From positions 576,569 through 640,568 of the forward strand of contig CP130488.1 in NCBI GenBank assembly GCA_030522375.1: DNA of 64,000 nucleotides. Direction: 5' to 3'. The notes below the pieces were generated by a model that ran no database searches, was not told where the DNA came from, and worked only from the letters and a program-made list of their open reading frames with translations. Made by a program: the position numbers and the translations under genes. Source of the DNA: Methanosuratincola petrocarbonis. GTDB lineage: Archaea > Thermoproteota > Methanomethylicia > Methanomethylicales > Methanomethylicaceae. This document shows positions 47,820 through 57,442 of the stretch, piece by piece. Numbering within the stretch: position 1 is the stretch's first letter; each line of letters opens with the position of its first letter.

Positions 47820-48503
47820 ATGCTGGGCTCAGGGCACATAGGCTTCTGGCTCGGAGAGCGGGCCGAGAAGGAGGCGATATCTGCCTGCGAGAAGCACATG
47901 GAGAAGATATTCTCGATAGTCAGGAAGTTCCGCGAGTACGTCTACGCGTTCCTGGACAGCGACTGCGCGAAAGCCAAGGAGATGTCGTCATCGATAATAG
48001 CCCTAGAGCGTGAGGCCGACCAGATCAAGGAGAACATAATGAAAGAGCTGATGGAATCCTCGCTCCACCCGATGGACCAGGATGAGATCATACGCCTGCT
48101 CATGACCGCCGATGACATCGCTGCCCACGTGAAGTCCGCGACGAGGAAGCTCCTGTACGCCCACCCGAAAGACATCCCCGAAGATGTGAAGTCTGGCATC
48201 CGCGGTCTGGTAGACCTGCTCCTGGAGGAGGCTTTGAGCCTCATGGAGACCATTGAAGCGCTCGTCAAGAGGACCGGGGAAGTGGTCAGCAAAGCCGAGA
48301 AGACTGAGCGCCTCGAGGAGAAGATCGACGATGTGCGCGTCGAGCTGATCGCGAAGATACTCGACTGGGGGGATACAGCCCCGCACATAAGGGACTGGCT
48401 GATGATAAAAGAGGTCGTCGAGAACATCGAGGCGTCGTCAGACCGGATGGAGGACACCACCGACCTGATCAGGGCAATAGCCGTGCTCAGGGGCAAGAGA
48501 TAA
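47820..48503 (+). CDS. DUF47 / PhoU-like phosphate transport regulator-related protein
   Basis: Helical-bundle protein with DUF47-type repeats. Start chosen at the ATG at 47820, about 30 nt downstream of an AAATATATA box. The ORF-track N-terminal 61 aa is low-GC probable promoter. Confidence 0.7.
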   Translation: MLGSGHIGFWLGERAEKEAISACEKHMEKIFSIVRKFREYVYAFLDSDCAKAKEMSSSIIALEREADQIKENIMKELMESSLHPMDQDEIIRLLMTADDIAAHVKSATRKLLYAHPKDIPEDVKSGIRGLVDLLLEEALSLMETIEALVKRTGEVVSKAEKTERLEEKIDDVRVELIAKILDWGDTAPHIRDWLMIKEVVENIEASSDRMEDTTDLIRAIAVLRGKR

Positions 48504-48575
48504 TACAACCGATCGATTGCGCGATCTATCTGTCAAGCATTAAGTAAGCTAAGAAATATTTTGAAATCCAGGCTT

Positions 48576-49601
48576 TCAGCCGAGCAGCCCCTTCACAACG
48601 TAGTATATTGCGCCGCTCAGGATTATGTTCGCTGGGACGGTCAGCAGCCAGTATGAGAATAGGTATGCCGATGTGTTCCTGCTCAGCCTCTTCCTTGCAG
48701 CCATGCTAGCGCCGAGGATCGCCCCGACCGAGGCATACGAGGTTGATATCGGTAGCCCGTACCCGAACAGGATGTAGGGCACGGTTGTGAAGAGGTATAC
48801 CACCAGCGCATTTGAGAGGCTTGCCGCAAGCCCTGTAGGGAGGTCGAGCCTGGTGACCCTGAACGCAAGCGTCCTGATCACCCTGGGTCCGAATAAGAAG
48901 GCGCCGACCACTATGCCCACTGTCCCAAAGACGGCCAGCCAGATCATCGCGACCGTGTCGGTGACCTGCCCCATCTTCGAGGCGATGGTTATGTATACCC
49001 CGGTGGCGTTCGCCACATCGTTGGCGCCGAAAGAATAGGCGCTGAAGCACAGGGAAGCGATGAGGAGGATCCTGAAGAACTTCTGCAGTTTCGCCTCATT
49101 GTTGCTCTCCGCATAGCCTGCAATCATCCTGTATAGGGCATAGCCGAGCGCCAGGCTGCAGATGGGGGATGTGATCCAGCTGATTGCTATCGTCCCGAAC
49201 ACATTCAGGTTTATGCCTCCGAGCCCGAATTCGACGAGGCCGTACCCGATGACTGCGCAGATGATGGAGTGGCTAGTCGAAATGGCCATGCCCCTCATCG
49301 TCGCTGCGAAGATCCATATGTTGGCAGACAGGATTATGGCGAACGCGCCTGCCACACCGATCTCGGGGACGATCCCTTTGCCTATTGTCTTCATGACCAT
49401 CGATCCCTGCAGCACCGCCCCAAAAAAGACGAATATCGCGAAGAGGACCAGCGCCCTCTTGAGGCTCAGCACGCCCGACCCGACGGCAGCGCTCGTGGGG
49501 TTCGCAGCGTCGTTCCCCCCGAGGTTTATGGACATGATGAATGCAAGGAGGAGCCCTAGGGCGAGCAAGATCATCGCGATGTCCATGTGACCACCTTGCA
49601 C
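48576..49601 (-). CDS. pitA: Inorganic phosphate transporter, PiT family
   Basis: 341 aa polytopic membrane protein with the PiT signature (GANDVANATG / GGNDAANP) repeated. Convergent with the DUF47 gene. Confidence 0.85.
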   Translation of the reverse strand: MQGGHMDIAMILLALGLLLAFIMSINLGGNDAANPTSAAVGSGVLSLKRALVLFAIFVFFGAVLQGSMVMKTIGKGIVPEIGVAGAFAIILSANIWIFAATMRGMAISTSHSIICAVIGYGLVEFGLGGINLNVFGTIAISWITSPICSLALGYALYRMIAGYAESNNEAKLQKFFRILLIASLCFSAYSFGANDVANATGVYITIASKMGQVTDTVAMIWLAVFGTVGIVVGAFLFGPRVIRTLAFRVTRLDLPTGLAASLSNALVVYLFTTVPYILFGYGLPISTSYASVGAILGASMAARKRLSRNTSAYLFSYWLLTVPANIILSGAIYYVVKGLLG

Positions 49602-49869
49602 TCGATGTACTGTTTGACGTGTAGCATCATGATCTGTTAAAAAGGTTTCTTAAGGCAATTTTTTCTCGGTCGGGCAGCTCAAATACGAATCTGAATTAAA
49701 TAATAAAAAAATAAGGAACGCCCAATGGTGGGGATTCTGCGCAGCGCTCCTTCGGCTGTTCATAATGATCTGCCACACGCAAAATAAGCCGTTCTGGAAT
49801 TGAATTCGTAAACAGGAAAAATAAGAAACGCGAACTGTTATGAAAGCCCGATTCTCCGGTAGCGCCCTT

Positions 49870-50130
49870 TCATTCCTTCTCCTCGAGCACAATCAGCGTT
49901 TCGAAGATCTTCTTTATCGTCGATTCGTCCTCCGAAAGCCTATGGTCGCTGGCCCCGCCTTCGATCGCGATCAGCTCGGCCTCGCTTATCCCAGTCCTGG
50001 CTGAGAGCTCCTCGATCGTCATCCCCTTGCTGTACCTGAGCGTCCTGAGCATGAGCCCGGGCTGGCCGCTCTTCCTGTACACCGCAATGAAATCCTCCCA
50101 AGTTGCCTTGAAAACCACTTTGCCCACCAA
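49870..50130 (-). CDS. Small HTH (XRE-like) putative transcriptional regulator
   Basis: 86 aa. GMTIEELSARTGISEAELIAIEGG helix-turn-helix. Confidence 0.45.
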   Translation of the reverse strand: MVGKVVFKATWEDFIAVYRKSGQPGLMLRTLRYSKGMTIEELSARTGISEAELIAIEGGASDHRLSEDESTIKKIFETLIVLEEKE

Positions 50131-50203
50131 ATAACGATCCGCCGCCTACCAGAAAAGCCTTCCCCCTCGCAGCGCGGTGAGCCCCCGCAGCGCAGCACGG
50201 CGC

Positions 50204-50995
50204 TCAGAACTCGAACTTCCTTATTATGTTCTTCTCCTCGGCCCCGGTGATCTCTGCTATGACGTGGATGTACTTGCCCAGACCCGAGCTCTCTATCCTG
50301 GGCTTCAGAAGCTCGTCAATCTGGAATATCCCTGCAGAGTTAGACATCGAAATCCTCACTATGACCGGCTTCTCAGGAGGGGCCCCTTCCTGTATCCTGA
50401 CCTTCTCTATGCTGAGCGCCGAGACTGAGTGGATGTCGATCTTCCCAGCCTCGAAGGGCAGCCTCGCCCTCCCTTTTTCCATGTCGAGGGCATCCGCCAC
50501 CTTCACCACGCCCGCCTCCAGAGTCAGCGGCCTGTGAGGCTCTTCATGTGATACGACCGCGTGCATCACTTCCGAGGTCACAACTGTTGCGTCATAGGGG
50601 CTGTAGATGCCGTCAAGAATGCCCCATAGCGCGCTCATCGCGACGGCCGCGCCGAACAGCTCGTGCCCCTCCCTGGCTACTGTCATGCCAGCATCGTGGA
50701 ACAGCGCCCCGAGGACGACAACGACCTCTGCATCCTCCCTCTCCATCCCATAGTCCTTCACGATGCTCGGCACGGCGTTGTTCTTCATGAGGATCCTGAG
50801 TATCTTCAGCGCCGAATTCGCGACTATCTTGACGTGCGTGACCCCGTGGTCGGTGTACCCGAGCCGATCGATGGCCATCACGTTCGAGCACTTCCAGATC
50901 GCCTTGAGCCTCTCGTCACTCTCGATTCTCTGGACTATTGCCCTCAGCTTTTCGTTGCTCCCGCAAGGCAGGCTGAAGTCAAAGGACATGTCCAA
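50204..50995 (-). CDS. HD-domain metal-dependent phosphohydrolase
   Basis: H...HD motif (HGVTHV...LFHDAG) and conserved downstream D (KVADALD). Confidence 0.7.
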   Translation of the reverse strand: MDMSFDFSLPCGSNEKLRAIVQRIESDERLKAIWKCSNVMAIDRLGYTDHGVTHVKIVANSALKILRILMKNNAVPSIVKDYGMEREDAEVVVVLGALFHDAGMTVAREGHELFGAAVAMSALWGILDGIYSPYDATVVTSEVMHAVVSHEEPHRPLTLEAGVVKVADALDMEKGRARLPFEAGKIDIHSVSALSIEKVRIQEGAPPEKPVIVRISMSNSAGIFQIDELLKPRIESSGLGKYIHVIAEITGAEEKNIIRKFEF

Positions 50996-51031
50996 TCCTC
51001 CTTCCAGACGGATTGCTTTCCAGGCGGGATC

Positions 51032-51628
51032 CTACCCCCCGAGGTAGGCCCCAACCAGACCGCTCCTTATCATTCCTATCGCGATCGCCGACAGTATGAA
51101 TGCCATTATCCTCGATATAATCGTTGAGCCCGCCCTCCCCAGCACCTTCATGAGCGTGTTGGAGGACCTGAGGAGAGCCCACTGGAGGATGACATTCGCT
51201 GTTATCGCGAAGAGCGCAACGAGCGGTCCGTTTGGAGGCTGCATCAGGTACATCACTGTGTAGATGCTCCCGGGGCCTGCCATGAGCGGGGTAGCCAGGG
51301 GGACTATTGCGACGTCCTCCCTGTTCATCCAGCGCCCCTCCTCCTTGCCCAAGAGGCCTTCGATGGACATTATGAAGAGGAGCACCCCGCCGGCGATCTT
51401 GAAGTCGTCCATGGATATCCTGAAGAAATCGAGTATGTACGCGCCTATGACCGCAAAGACCACCAAAATTGCGAAAGCCACCTTCACCGAGTCGTTCAGT
51501 ATTTTTGCCTTCTTCTGCGCTTCAAAAGAGCTCGTGAATGCATGGAAGAGCGGGACGTTGCCTATGGGGTCGAATATGATGAACAGCGTCAGGAATCCCT
51601 GGAGGTACACCCACAGCTCGTCGACCAT
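51032..51628 (-). CDS. MarC family (UPF0056) integral membrane protein
   Basis: N-terminal FLTLFIIFDPIGNVPLF is the MarC signature. 198 aa, 6 TM. Confidence 0.8.
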   Translation of the reverse strand: MVDELWVYLQGFLTLFIIFDPIGNVPLFHAFTSSFEAQKKAKILNDSVKVAFAILVVFAVIGAYILDFFRISMDDFKIAGGVLLFIMSIEGLLGKEEGRWMNREDVAIVPLATPLMAGPGSIYTVMYLMQPPNGPLVALFAITANVILQWALLRSSNTLMKVLGRAGSTIISRIMAFILSAIAIGMIRSGLVGAYLGG

Positions 51629-51685
51629 GCGCAGTCACTTTCCATCTCTACTTAAGTTATATATCAGCATTAGCTGAAGAAGATA

Positions 51686-52861
51686 GTGATGCCCCAAGAA
51701 AGGTTTGACAAGATCTGCCCGTCGCCCATCTCGTTCCTGGAAGAGTGGGGCGTACCCCCCAGCGGAGCGATAAGGTTCGATGTGGCGGATCCTGATTTCC
51801 CGCCCCCAGAGGAGGCCGTGGAGGCGACCAGGCAGGCGTTGTCCAAGGGGTTCTTCAGATACAGCCCAAGCTGGGGGATTCCAGAGCTCAGGGAGGCGCT
51901 AGCAGCATTTCTCAAATCGACCCGGCAGATCGAATATTCCATGGATGAGATCCTCGTCACAACAGGGGGCAAGTTCGCTAACTACGCCTTCTTCGCTTCA
52001 CTTCTGAAGCCAGGGGACTCTGTCGTCCTCATAAAGCCCTTCTGGACCAGCTTCAAGGCGGTCCCAGAGATGCTCGGGATAAGAGCAGCCGAGGTGTGGG
52101 CGAGAGAGCCTTACCATCTGGATGAAGAGGCGCTCAAGTTAGTGGTAGATGCGAGGACGCGCGCCATCGTCCTGAACTCTCCGAACAACCCTACTGGAGG
52201 CATCCTGAGCGAGTCCGATCTGAAACTAGTCAGGGATCTGGCAGAGGACCACGACCTGATCGTCCTATCCGACGAGATCGATTGGGCTTATGTCTACGGC
52301 GGGAGGCGCTTCATCTCCCCTGCCTCGATAGAAGGCCTGAGGGATCGGGTGGTCGTGACTGACGGCTTCTCCAAGGTCTTCTGCATGACCGGCTGGAGAG
52401 TGGGGTTCGCAGCAGGTCCAAAAATACTGATAGACCGACTTCATATGGTCCAAGAGCATGCGGTTAGCTCGCCCTCGACATTCGCCCAATACGGCTGCCT
52501 GCGGGCACTTGACAATCACCGGGAATACATCGAGAGAAACCTCGCAGCCTGCAGGCGCAACCTGGGGATCGTCTTGGACAGGCTGAACTCGACCGGTCCG
52601 ATCGTATGCCCGGAGCCGGAAGGCGGTTTCTATGTCTATCCTAGGGTAGACCCTGCCCTCTGCTCCAGCCGGGAGTTCTGCGAGGGGCTCCTGAAAAGCG
52701 AGGGAGTGGCCGTTATCCCGGGCGAGTACTTCGGCGACGACAGGAACCGCTTCAGGCTCTGCTATGCCGTCCCCCGGGAAGTGTTGGAGGAAGGGCTTGA
52801 GAGGGTGGCCAGGTACGCGGAAAGCTTGGAAAGCAAAAACCGCCATCCTGCAGGGAAGTAA
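51686..52861 (+). CDS. Class I/II PLP-dependent aminotransferase (aspartate aminotransferase-like)
   Basis: 391 aa. SKVFCMTGWRVGF around the PLP-lysine motif (SK...G.R.G). NPTG motif. Confidence 0.85.
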   Translation: MMPQERFDKICPSPISFLEEWGVPPSGAIRFDVADPDFPPPEEAVEATRQALSKGFFRYSPSWGIPELREALAAFLKSTRQIEYSMDEILVTTGGKFANYAFFASLLKPGDSVVLIKPFWTSFKAVPEMLGIRAAEVWAREPYHLDEEALKLVVDARTRAIVLNSPNNPTGGILSESDLKLVRDLAEDHDLIVLSDEIDWAYVYGGRRFISPASIEGLRDRVVVTDGFSKVFCMTGWRVGFAAGPKILIDRLHMVQEHAVSSPSTFAQYGCLRALDNHREYIERNLAACRRNLGIVLDRLNSTGPIVCPEPEGGFYVYPRVDPALCSSREFCEGLLKSEGVAVIPGEYFGDDRNRFRLCYAVPREVLEEGLERVARYAESLESKNRHPAGK

Positions 52862-52887
52862 GTAAATAAAAAAATAAAAATAAAATA

Positions 52888-53040
52888 TTACTTTGAGGAT
52901 GCCCTGAAGAAAGCCCCGCAGCTTGGGCACTTGTAAAGCCCGACAGTTACTGCCTTCTTGCCCTTTGGAGCAAGCGTCCATGTTTTTTCTGGTTTTGCGA
53001 CCTCAGTTCCACATTTTGTGCACTTTGCCATTTTTACCAT
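52888..53040 (-). CDS. Small Cys4 zinc-ribbon protein (50 aa)
   Basis: [14 protein letters not shown]...(24 aa)...[10 protein letters not shown] gives two CxxC pairs. A T-rich tract lies immediately downstream on its strand. Below the ORF-track cutoff. Confidence 0.45.
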   Translation of the reverse strand: MVKMAKCTKCGTEVAKPEKTWTLAPKGKKAVTVGLYKCPSCGAFFRASSK

Positions 53041-53236
53041 CTCTGGGGTTATCATTAACCTTCCTTTGAGCTTAAAAGGTTTACCAATGCTTTTGCGGAA
53101 CGATCACCCATCATTTCCAGCTCACATGTAATGACAGTTCCTCCACGCGCCACAGAGAATTTTGTTTACCCGTTTACTTTTGCATAAAGAAGCTAGAGGG
53201 TAAATTCAAAAAATTGCACAATTTCATGATCTCGTT

Positions 53237-53668
53237 TTGCCCCCCGAAAAGAAGGGTTATAATGTGCGTGCATACGATCAGAAATCAGATCTGATCCCTA
53301 TGCCTACCTCATTCGTTCTGGACTCGAACGTGTGCAACCACAAGAGCAGGGTCGTTGCCACATTCGGGGGCGGGTCGATCTCGTTCGTGGTCGAGTCGTC
53401 CTGCCCTCTTGTCAACGAGTTCGGCAGGTCTCTGTCCTCGTCGCCCCTGAAGGTGAGGGAGATCACGAGGAGGATCTGCGAGAACCCGATCTACATCAAG
53501 GCAACCGAGAACAACGTCCACCCGAACTGCGTCGTGCCCTGCGGCGTGGCGATGTGCGGGTGGGCAGAAGCCGGCTTGGTCTCAAAGACGCTCTTGGAAC
53601 GGTTCCCTTCGCAGTGCGTGACATATGAAAGAGGCGGAGGGAGGGAGATCGACCTCAATAAGTCTTGA
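53237..53668 (+). CDS. Hypothetical Cys-rich protein
   Basis: 143 aa with several Cys/His (CNHK, CP, CENP, CVVPCGVAMCGW). No confident family. Confidence 0.35.
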   Translation: MPPEKKGYNVRAYDQKSDLIPMPTSFVLDSNVCNHKSRVVATFGGGSISFVVESSCPLVNEFGRSLSSSPLKVREITRRICENPIYIKATENNVHPNCVVPCGVAMCGWAEAGLVSKTLLERFPSQCVTYERGGGREIDLNKS

Positions 53669-54032
53669 TCCCCGCCTCCGAGAGCGCCTTCTTGGCTTTC
53701 GGCTCGTCGTCGACCTTGATCACAATCCTGCCCATGTCCATGGTGTATGCGTAGTCGATATTGATCCCTCTCTCGCCGAGGACCTTGACCGCGCTGTGGA
53801 GATCCCCCATGCCTATTATGAGCACCTCAACCAGGTTCACCGCAGTGTTGGCGTTCCTCAGCGCCTCTGCAGCCTTCTCCGGGGCATCAAGTATGCACCT
53901 CACGATGCCGTAATTCCCCGCCTCCGCTATGCCCATTGCGAGGACCCTTATCTGGTTCCTCTCAAAGAGGTCGATCACGCTCGAGAGCCTCCCGGGCTTG
54001 TTCTCGAGGAAGATGCTGAACTGCTTGGCCAT
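53655..54032 (-). CDS. ACT domain-containing protein
   Basis: 125 aa with two ACT-like beta-alpha-beta-beta-alpha-beta halves. Immediately downstream of the PaaK-like ligase, a common archaeal pairing. Confidence 0.65.
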   Translation of the reverse strand: MAKQFSIFLENKPGRLSSVIDLFERNQIRVLAMGIAEAGNYGIVRCILDAPEKAAEALRNANTAVNLVEVLIIGMGDLHSAVKVLGERGINIDYAYTMDMGRIVIKVDDEPKAKKALSEAGIKTY

Positions 54033-54043
54033 CAGAAACCCCC

Positions 54044-55336
54044 CTAGATCCTCCTTAGGTCTATTATCCTTTGAGCCTTTCCTTCGCTCCTCGGGAGAGT
54101 CCTCGGCTCGGTGAGCTCGACCGCCGCGCTTATGCTCAGGACGTCCCTGAGCTCCTCCTCAAGGCGCTTCTGGAGGTCGACTATCTCTGTCAGCCTGTCG
54201 CTCTTGAAGTCCTCTGACACTTCCACCTTCACGAGCAGGCGGTCCAGCGGCCCGTCCCTGTCGACGACGAGCTGGTAGAACGGGGTGAGCCCCTCAAAGC
54301 CCGATATGACCTCTTCGATCTGGCTCGGGAAGACGCAAATGCCCCTTATCTTCAGCATGTCGTCGGTCCTGCCCAGTATCTTCTTTATCCTCGCATGCGC
54401 CATGCCGCACTCGCATACCTCGTCGTCGAGTATCGTTATGTCGCGCGTCCTGTACCTGAGGAGCGGCATCCCCTCCTTCTCGAGCGTCGTGACTGCCATC
54501 TCGCCCTTCTCCCCTGGCTCGAGCACTTCGCCCGTGTTGGGATCGATTATCTCCACGAAGTAGTGGTCCTCCCAGACGTGCAGTCCGTCCTTCTTCCTGC
54601 ACTCTATAGCCACTCCTGGGCCGTTGAGCTCTGACATCCCGTAAATGTCGTGCGCGGACTGCATGAACTCCTCCTCCAGGACCTTCCGGGTGCTCTCCGA
54701 CCACGGCTCCGCCCCCAACACTCCGACCCTCAGCCGGAGGTCCTTCTTCGGGTCAATGCCCTCCTCCTTCGCGCTCTCCGAGAGGAAGAGTGCATACGAC
54801 GGAGTGCAAGCGAGCACTGTCGTGCCCAGGTCTTTCATCAGCTTGAGTTGCCTCTTGGTGTTGCCCGTGCTAGCGGGTATCACCTTGGCGCCCAGCCGCT
54901 CAGCCCCATAGTGGAGGCCGAGCCCGCCGGTGAAGAGGCCGTACCCGTAGGCAACCTGCACAACGTCGTCGCTCGTGACCCCGCAGACCTCGAGGCACCT
55001 CTTGTTGAGCTCAGCCCATGCGTCTATGTCCCTCTTGGTGTATGCCACCACTGTCGGGTTCCCTGTGGTGCCTGAAGACGCGTGCATCCTCACGATCTTG
55101 GACTTGTCGACGGATATCAGCCCGAGCGGATAGTTGTCGCGCAGGTCGGTCTTCGTCGTGAACGGGACCTTCCTGATGTCCTCAGGCCGGAAGTTCGCGA
55201 TGTCGATCCCAGCCTCCTTCAGCCTCCGCCTGTAGAATGGCGAGTTCTCATAGACCCTGGTGACGACTTCCTTAAGCTTCTTGGCTTGCGCTTCCCTGAT
55301 CTCTTTTTTCCCCATCGAATACGCTTGGATGGACAT
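54044..55336 (-). CDS. Phenylacetate-CoA ligase (PaaK) / coenzyme F390 synthetase family adenylate-forming enzyme
   Basis: 430 aa. PaaK-like N-terminus (NSPFYRRRLKEAGI...DLRDNYPLGL), AMP-binding core (SSGTTGNPT) and C-terminal domain. Confidence 0.85.
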   Translation of the reverse strand: MSIQAYSMGKKEIREAQAKKLKEVVTRVYENSPFYRRRLKEAGIDIANFRPEDIRKVPFTTKTDLRDNYPLGLISVDKSKIVRMHASSGTTGNPTVVAYTKRDIDAWAELNKRCLEVCGVTSDDVVQVAYGYGLFTGGLGLHYGAERLGAKVIPASTGNTKRQLKLMKDLGTTVLACTPSYALFLSESAKEEGIDPKKDLRLRVGVLGAEPWSESTRKVLEEEFMQSAHDIYGMSELNGPGVAIECRKKDGLHVWEDHYFVEIIDPNTGEVLEPGEKGEMAVTTLEKEGMPLLRYRTRDITILDDEVCECGMAHARIKKILGRTDDMLKIRGICVFPSQIEEVISGFEGLTPFYQLVVDRDGPLDRLLVKVEVSEDFKSDRLTEIVDLQKRLEEELRDVLSISAAVELTEPRTLPRSEGKAQRIIDLRRI

Positions 55337-55455
55337 ACTGGTCAGCGGAAATTATGGCGGGTGCATTAATTTTATTCCTTTTGGCTAAGAATTCTCGACC
55401 ACCGCCTGCCATACCTTAAAATGCCATGCTGTTCTAGAGGATCAGGGGGGTTTGA

Positions 55456-56829
55456 TTGAAGGTCGCCCTCGTCAATCCTCCTGCGCACCAGAGTTTCGAG
55501 ATCCAGTCGGCTTTGGGGCTGAACGCGCCGCCCCTGGGGCTGGCTTACATCGGCGCCGTGCTTGAGAGGGACGGCTATGATGTGACCATCATTGATGCTC
55601 CAATATCATGCGAGTCACAGGATGGCGTGATTAAAAAGTTACAGTCGATGGAGCCAGATGTGATAGGGGTCACATCAACAACTCCAAACATAGGCGATGC
55701 TGTGAGTTTAATCACAAAAATTAAACAAAAGATGCCGAGCACAGTTACAGTGTTGGGAGGCTGTCACATCACGTTCCTGCCCGAGGAGACTATGGGCGCG
55801 TGCCCTGCGATCGATGTCGGGGTGATCGGCGAAGGGGAAGCCACGATGCTGGAGCTCGTCCGCTCTATCGAGGATGGAAGACCACTGGATGCGGTTGACG
55901 GGATCGCAATCAGGGACGGGGGGAAGATCCGGAAGACCCGCCCGCGCCGCCTGATCGAGGACCTTGACGAGCTCCCGTTCCCCGCGAGGCACTTGCTGCC
56001 GATGGAGAGGTACACCGCGCTCGGGGAGAGGGCGCCCATAGGGAATGTGATCACAAGCAGAGGTTGCCCCTTCCGGTGCATATTCTGCGCTTCGTCCAGG
56101 CTCTACGGCAACACATTCCGCGCGAGGAGCCCGGAGAATGTGGTCGATGAGGTCAGCGAATTGGCGGACAAGTACCGGATAAATTTCATTGAGTTTGTAG
56201 ACGACACATTCACGATAAACAAAAAACGGTCTTTCAGGTTGGCGGAGCTGCTCAGGAAACTCGACATCTCCTGGGCATTCGGCTCCAGGGTTGACACCGT
56301 ATCGAGCGAACTCCTCCAGGCGTTCAGGCGTGCCGGGGCGCTGATGTTCTACATGGGGATCGAGTCCGCCTCGGAGAGGGTCCTGCGCTTCCTGAAGAAG
56401 GGCATAACTCTGGATCAGATCAGGTCGGCGATCTCCTCGGCCAAGAAAGCGGGGCTGGAGACCACAGGCTCGTTCATAATCGGGACCCCTGGCGAGAGCA
56501 AGGAGGAGGCAATGGAGACCATAAGGTTCGCGGTCAGATCGGGGATCGACTATGCACAGTTCACGGCGATGACACCGTACCCCGGCACCGAGGTTTACGA
56601 CTATGCCAAAGCGAACAGGCTCCTTGAGACCGAAGACTGGTCAAAATACACCACAATCAAGCCGGTCATGCGGACTTTCGAGATGACTGCTGAGGAGATC
56701 CGATCGCTCGTCTCGATGGCTTACAGGAAATTCTACCTGCGGCCGAAGTTCTTGGTCATGCAGATCGCCAGGAGGCGGATCCTTATGCTGAAGCCGATCC
56801 TGAAGCGGTACCTGGCGAAGAGGAGTTGA
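55456..56829 (+). CDS. B12-binding domain radical SAM protein
   Basis: N-terminal B12-binding fold (KVALVNPP...). Radical SAM CPFRCIFC. 457 aa. Confidence 0.85.
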   Translation: MKVALVNPPAHQSFEIQSALGLNAPPLGLAYIGAVLERDGYDVTIIDAPISCESQDGVIKKLQSMEPDVIGVTSTTPNIGDAVSLITKIKQKMPSTVTVLGGCHITFLPEETMGACPAIDVGVIGEGEATMLELVRSIEDGRPLDAVDGIAIRDGGKIRKTRPRRLIEDLDELPFPARHLLPMERYTALGERAPIGNVITSRGCPFRCIFCASSRLYGNTFRARSPENVVDEVSELADKYRINFIEFVDDTFTINKKRSFRLAELLRKLDISWAFGSRVDTVSSELLQAFRRAGALMFYMGIESASERVLRFLKKGITLDQIRSAISSAKKAGLETTGSFIIGTPGESKEEAMETIRFAVRSGIDYAQFTAMTPYPGTEVYDYAKANRLLETEDWSKYTTIKPVMRTFEMTAEEIRSLVSMAYRKFYLRPKFLVMQIARRRILMLKPILKRYLAKRS

Positions 56830-56876
56830 GGAACAATACGACGGAAAGCCGGGCGGGCAGCCCAGGATCCATCCCA

Positions 56877-57422
56877 TCATCCGCCAATCGACTTGATCAG
56901 CTCTTCCTTAAGGCTCCTCTGCAGAATCTGCTGGTAGGCGCTGACCACCTTTGGGGACTTCTGACCCAGTAGCTTCCTGCAGATCGAGGGATCCCGCACA
57001 GTCTCCAGCAACCGGATCGCGAAGGCATGCCTCCAGCTAGCGACCCTGATCCTCCTCCCGAGGATCATCTCTGTGTACTTGTGGTTTATGTTGAGGGCTT
57101 GCCGGCGGCTCAGCCCGAAGATCCTTTCCTCGGATTTCTTGTCCTTTGCATAGTCCTTGAGGTAGGGCAGTATCGAGGGCATCACCAGGACCTCGCGCGC
57201 CTCCTCCCCTGACCCGACACGGACTATCCCTTGCTGGAAATCGACGTCCCCTTTCCTCATCGAGAGCAGCTCGGACGTTTTCATCCCTGTAGTCGGGTAG
57301 AGGCTCATCAGGACGAAGTCCCTGAGGCTTATCTCCCTCTTCCTGTACAGCGCCCTTATCCTGTCCAGGAACTCGCCAACTTCCGACCATGTCGGGACAT
57401 CGTCAAGTTTCAGCTTTGCCAT
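56877..57422 (-). CDS. Minimal tyrosine recombinase (phage integrase catalytic domain only)
   Basis: 181 aa. HAFAIRLLE (HxxR) and a C-terminal VVSAYQQ catalytic Tyr context. The first conserved Arg is replaced by Lys (TGMKTSE). Confidence 0.7.
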   Translation of the reverse strand: MAKLKLDDVPTWSEVGEFLDRIRALYRKREISLRDFVLMSLYPTTGMKTSELLSMRKGDVDFQQGIVRVGSGEEAREVLVMPSILPYLKDYAKDKKSEERIFGLSRRQALNINHKYTEMILGRRIRVASWRHAFAIRLLETVRDPSICRKLLGQKSPKVVSAYQQILQRSLKEELIKSIGG

Positions 57423-57442
57423 TTTTGATTACCGTCATATCT

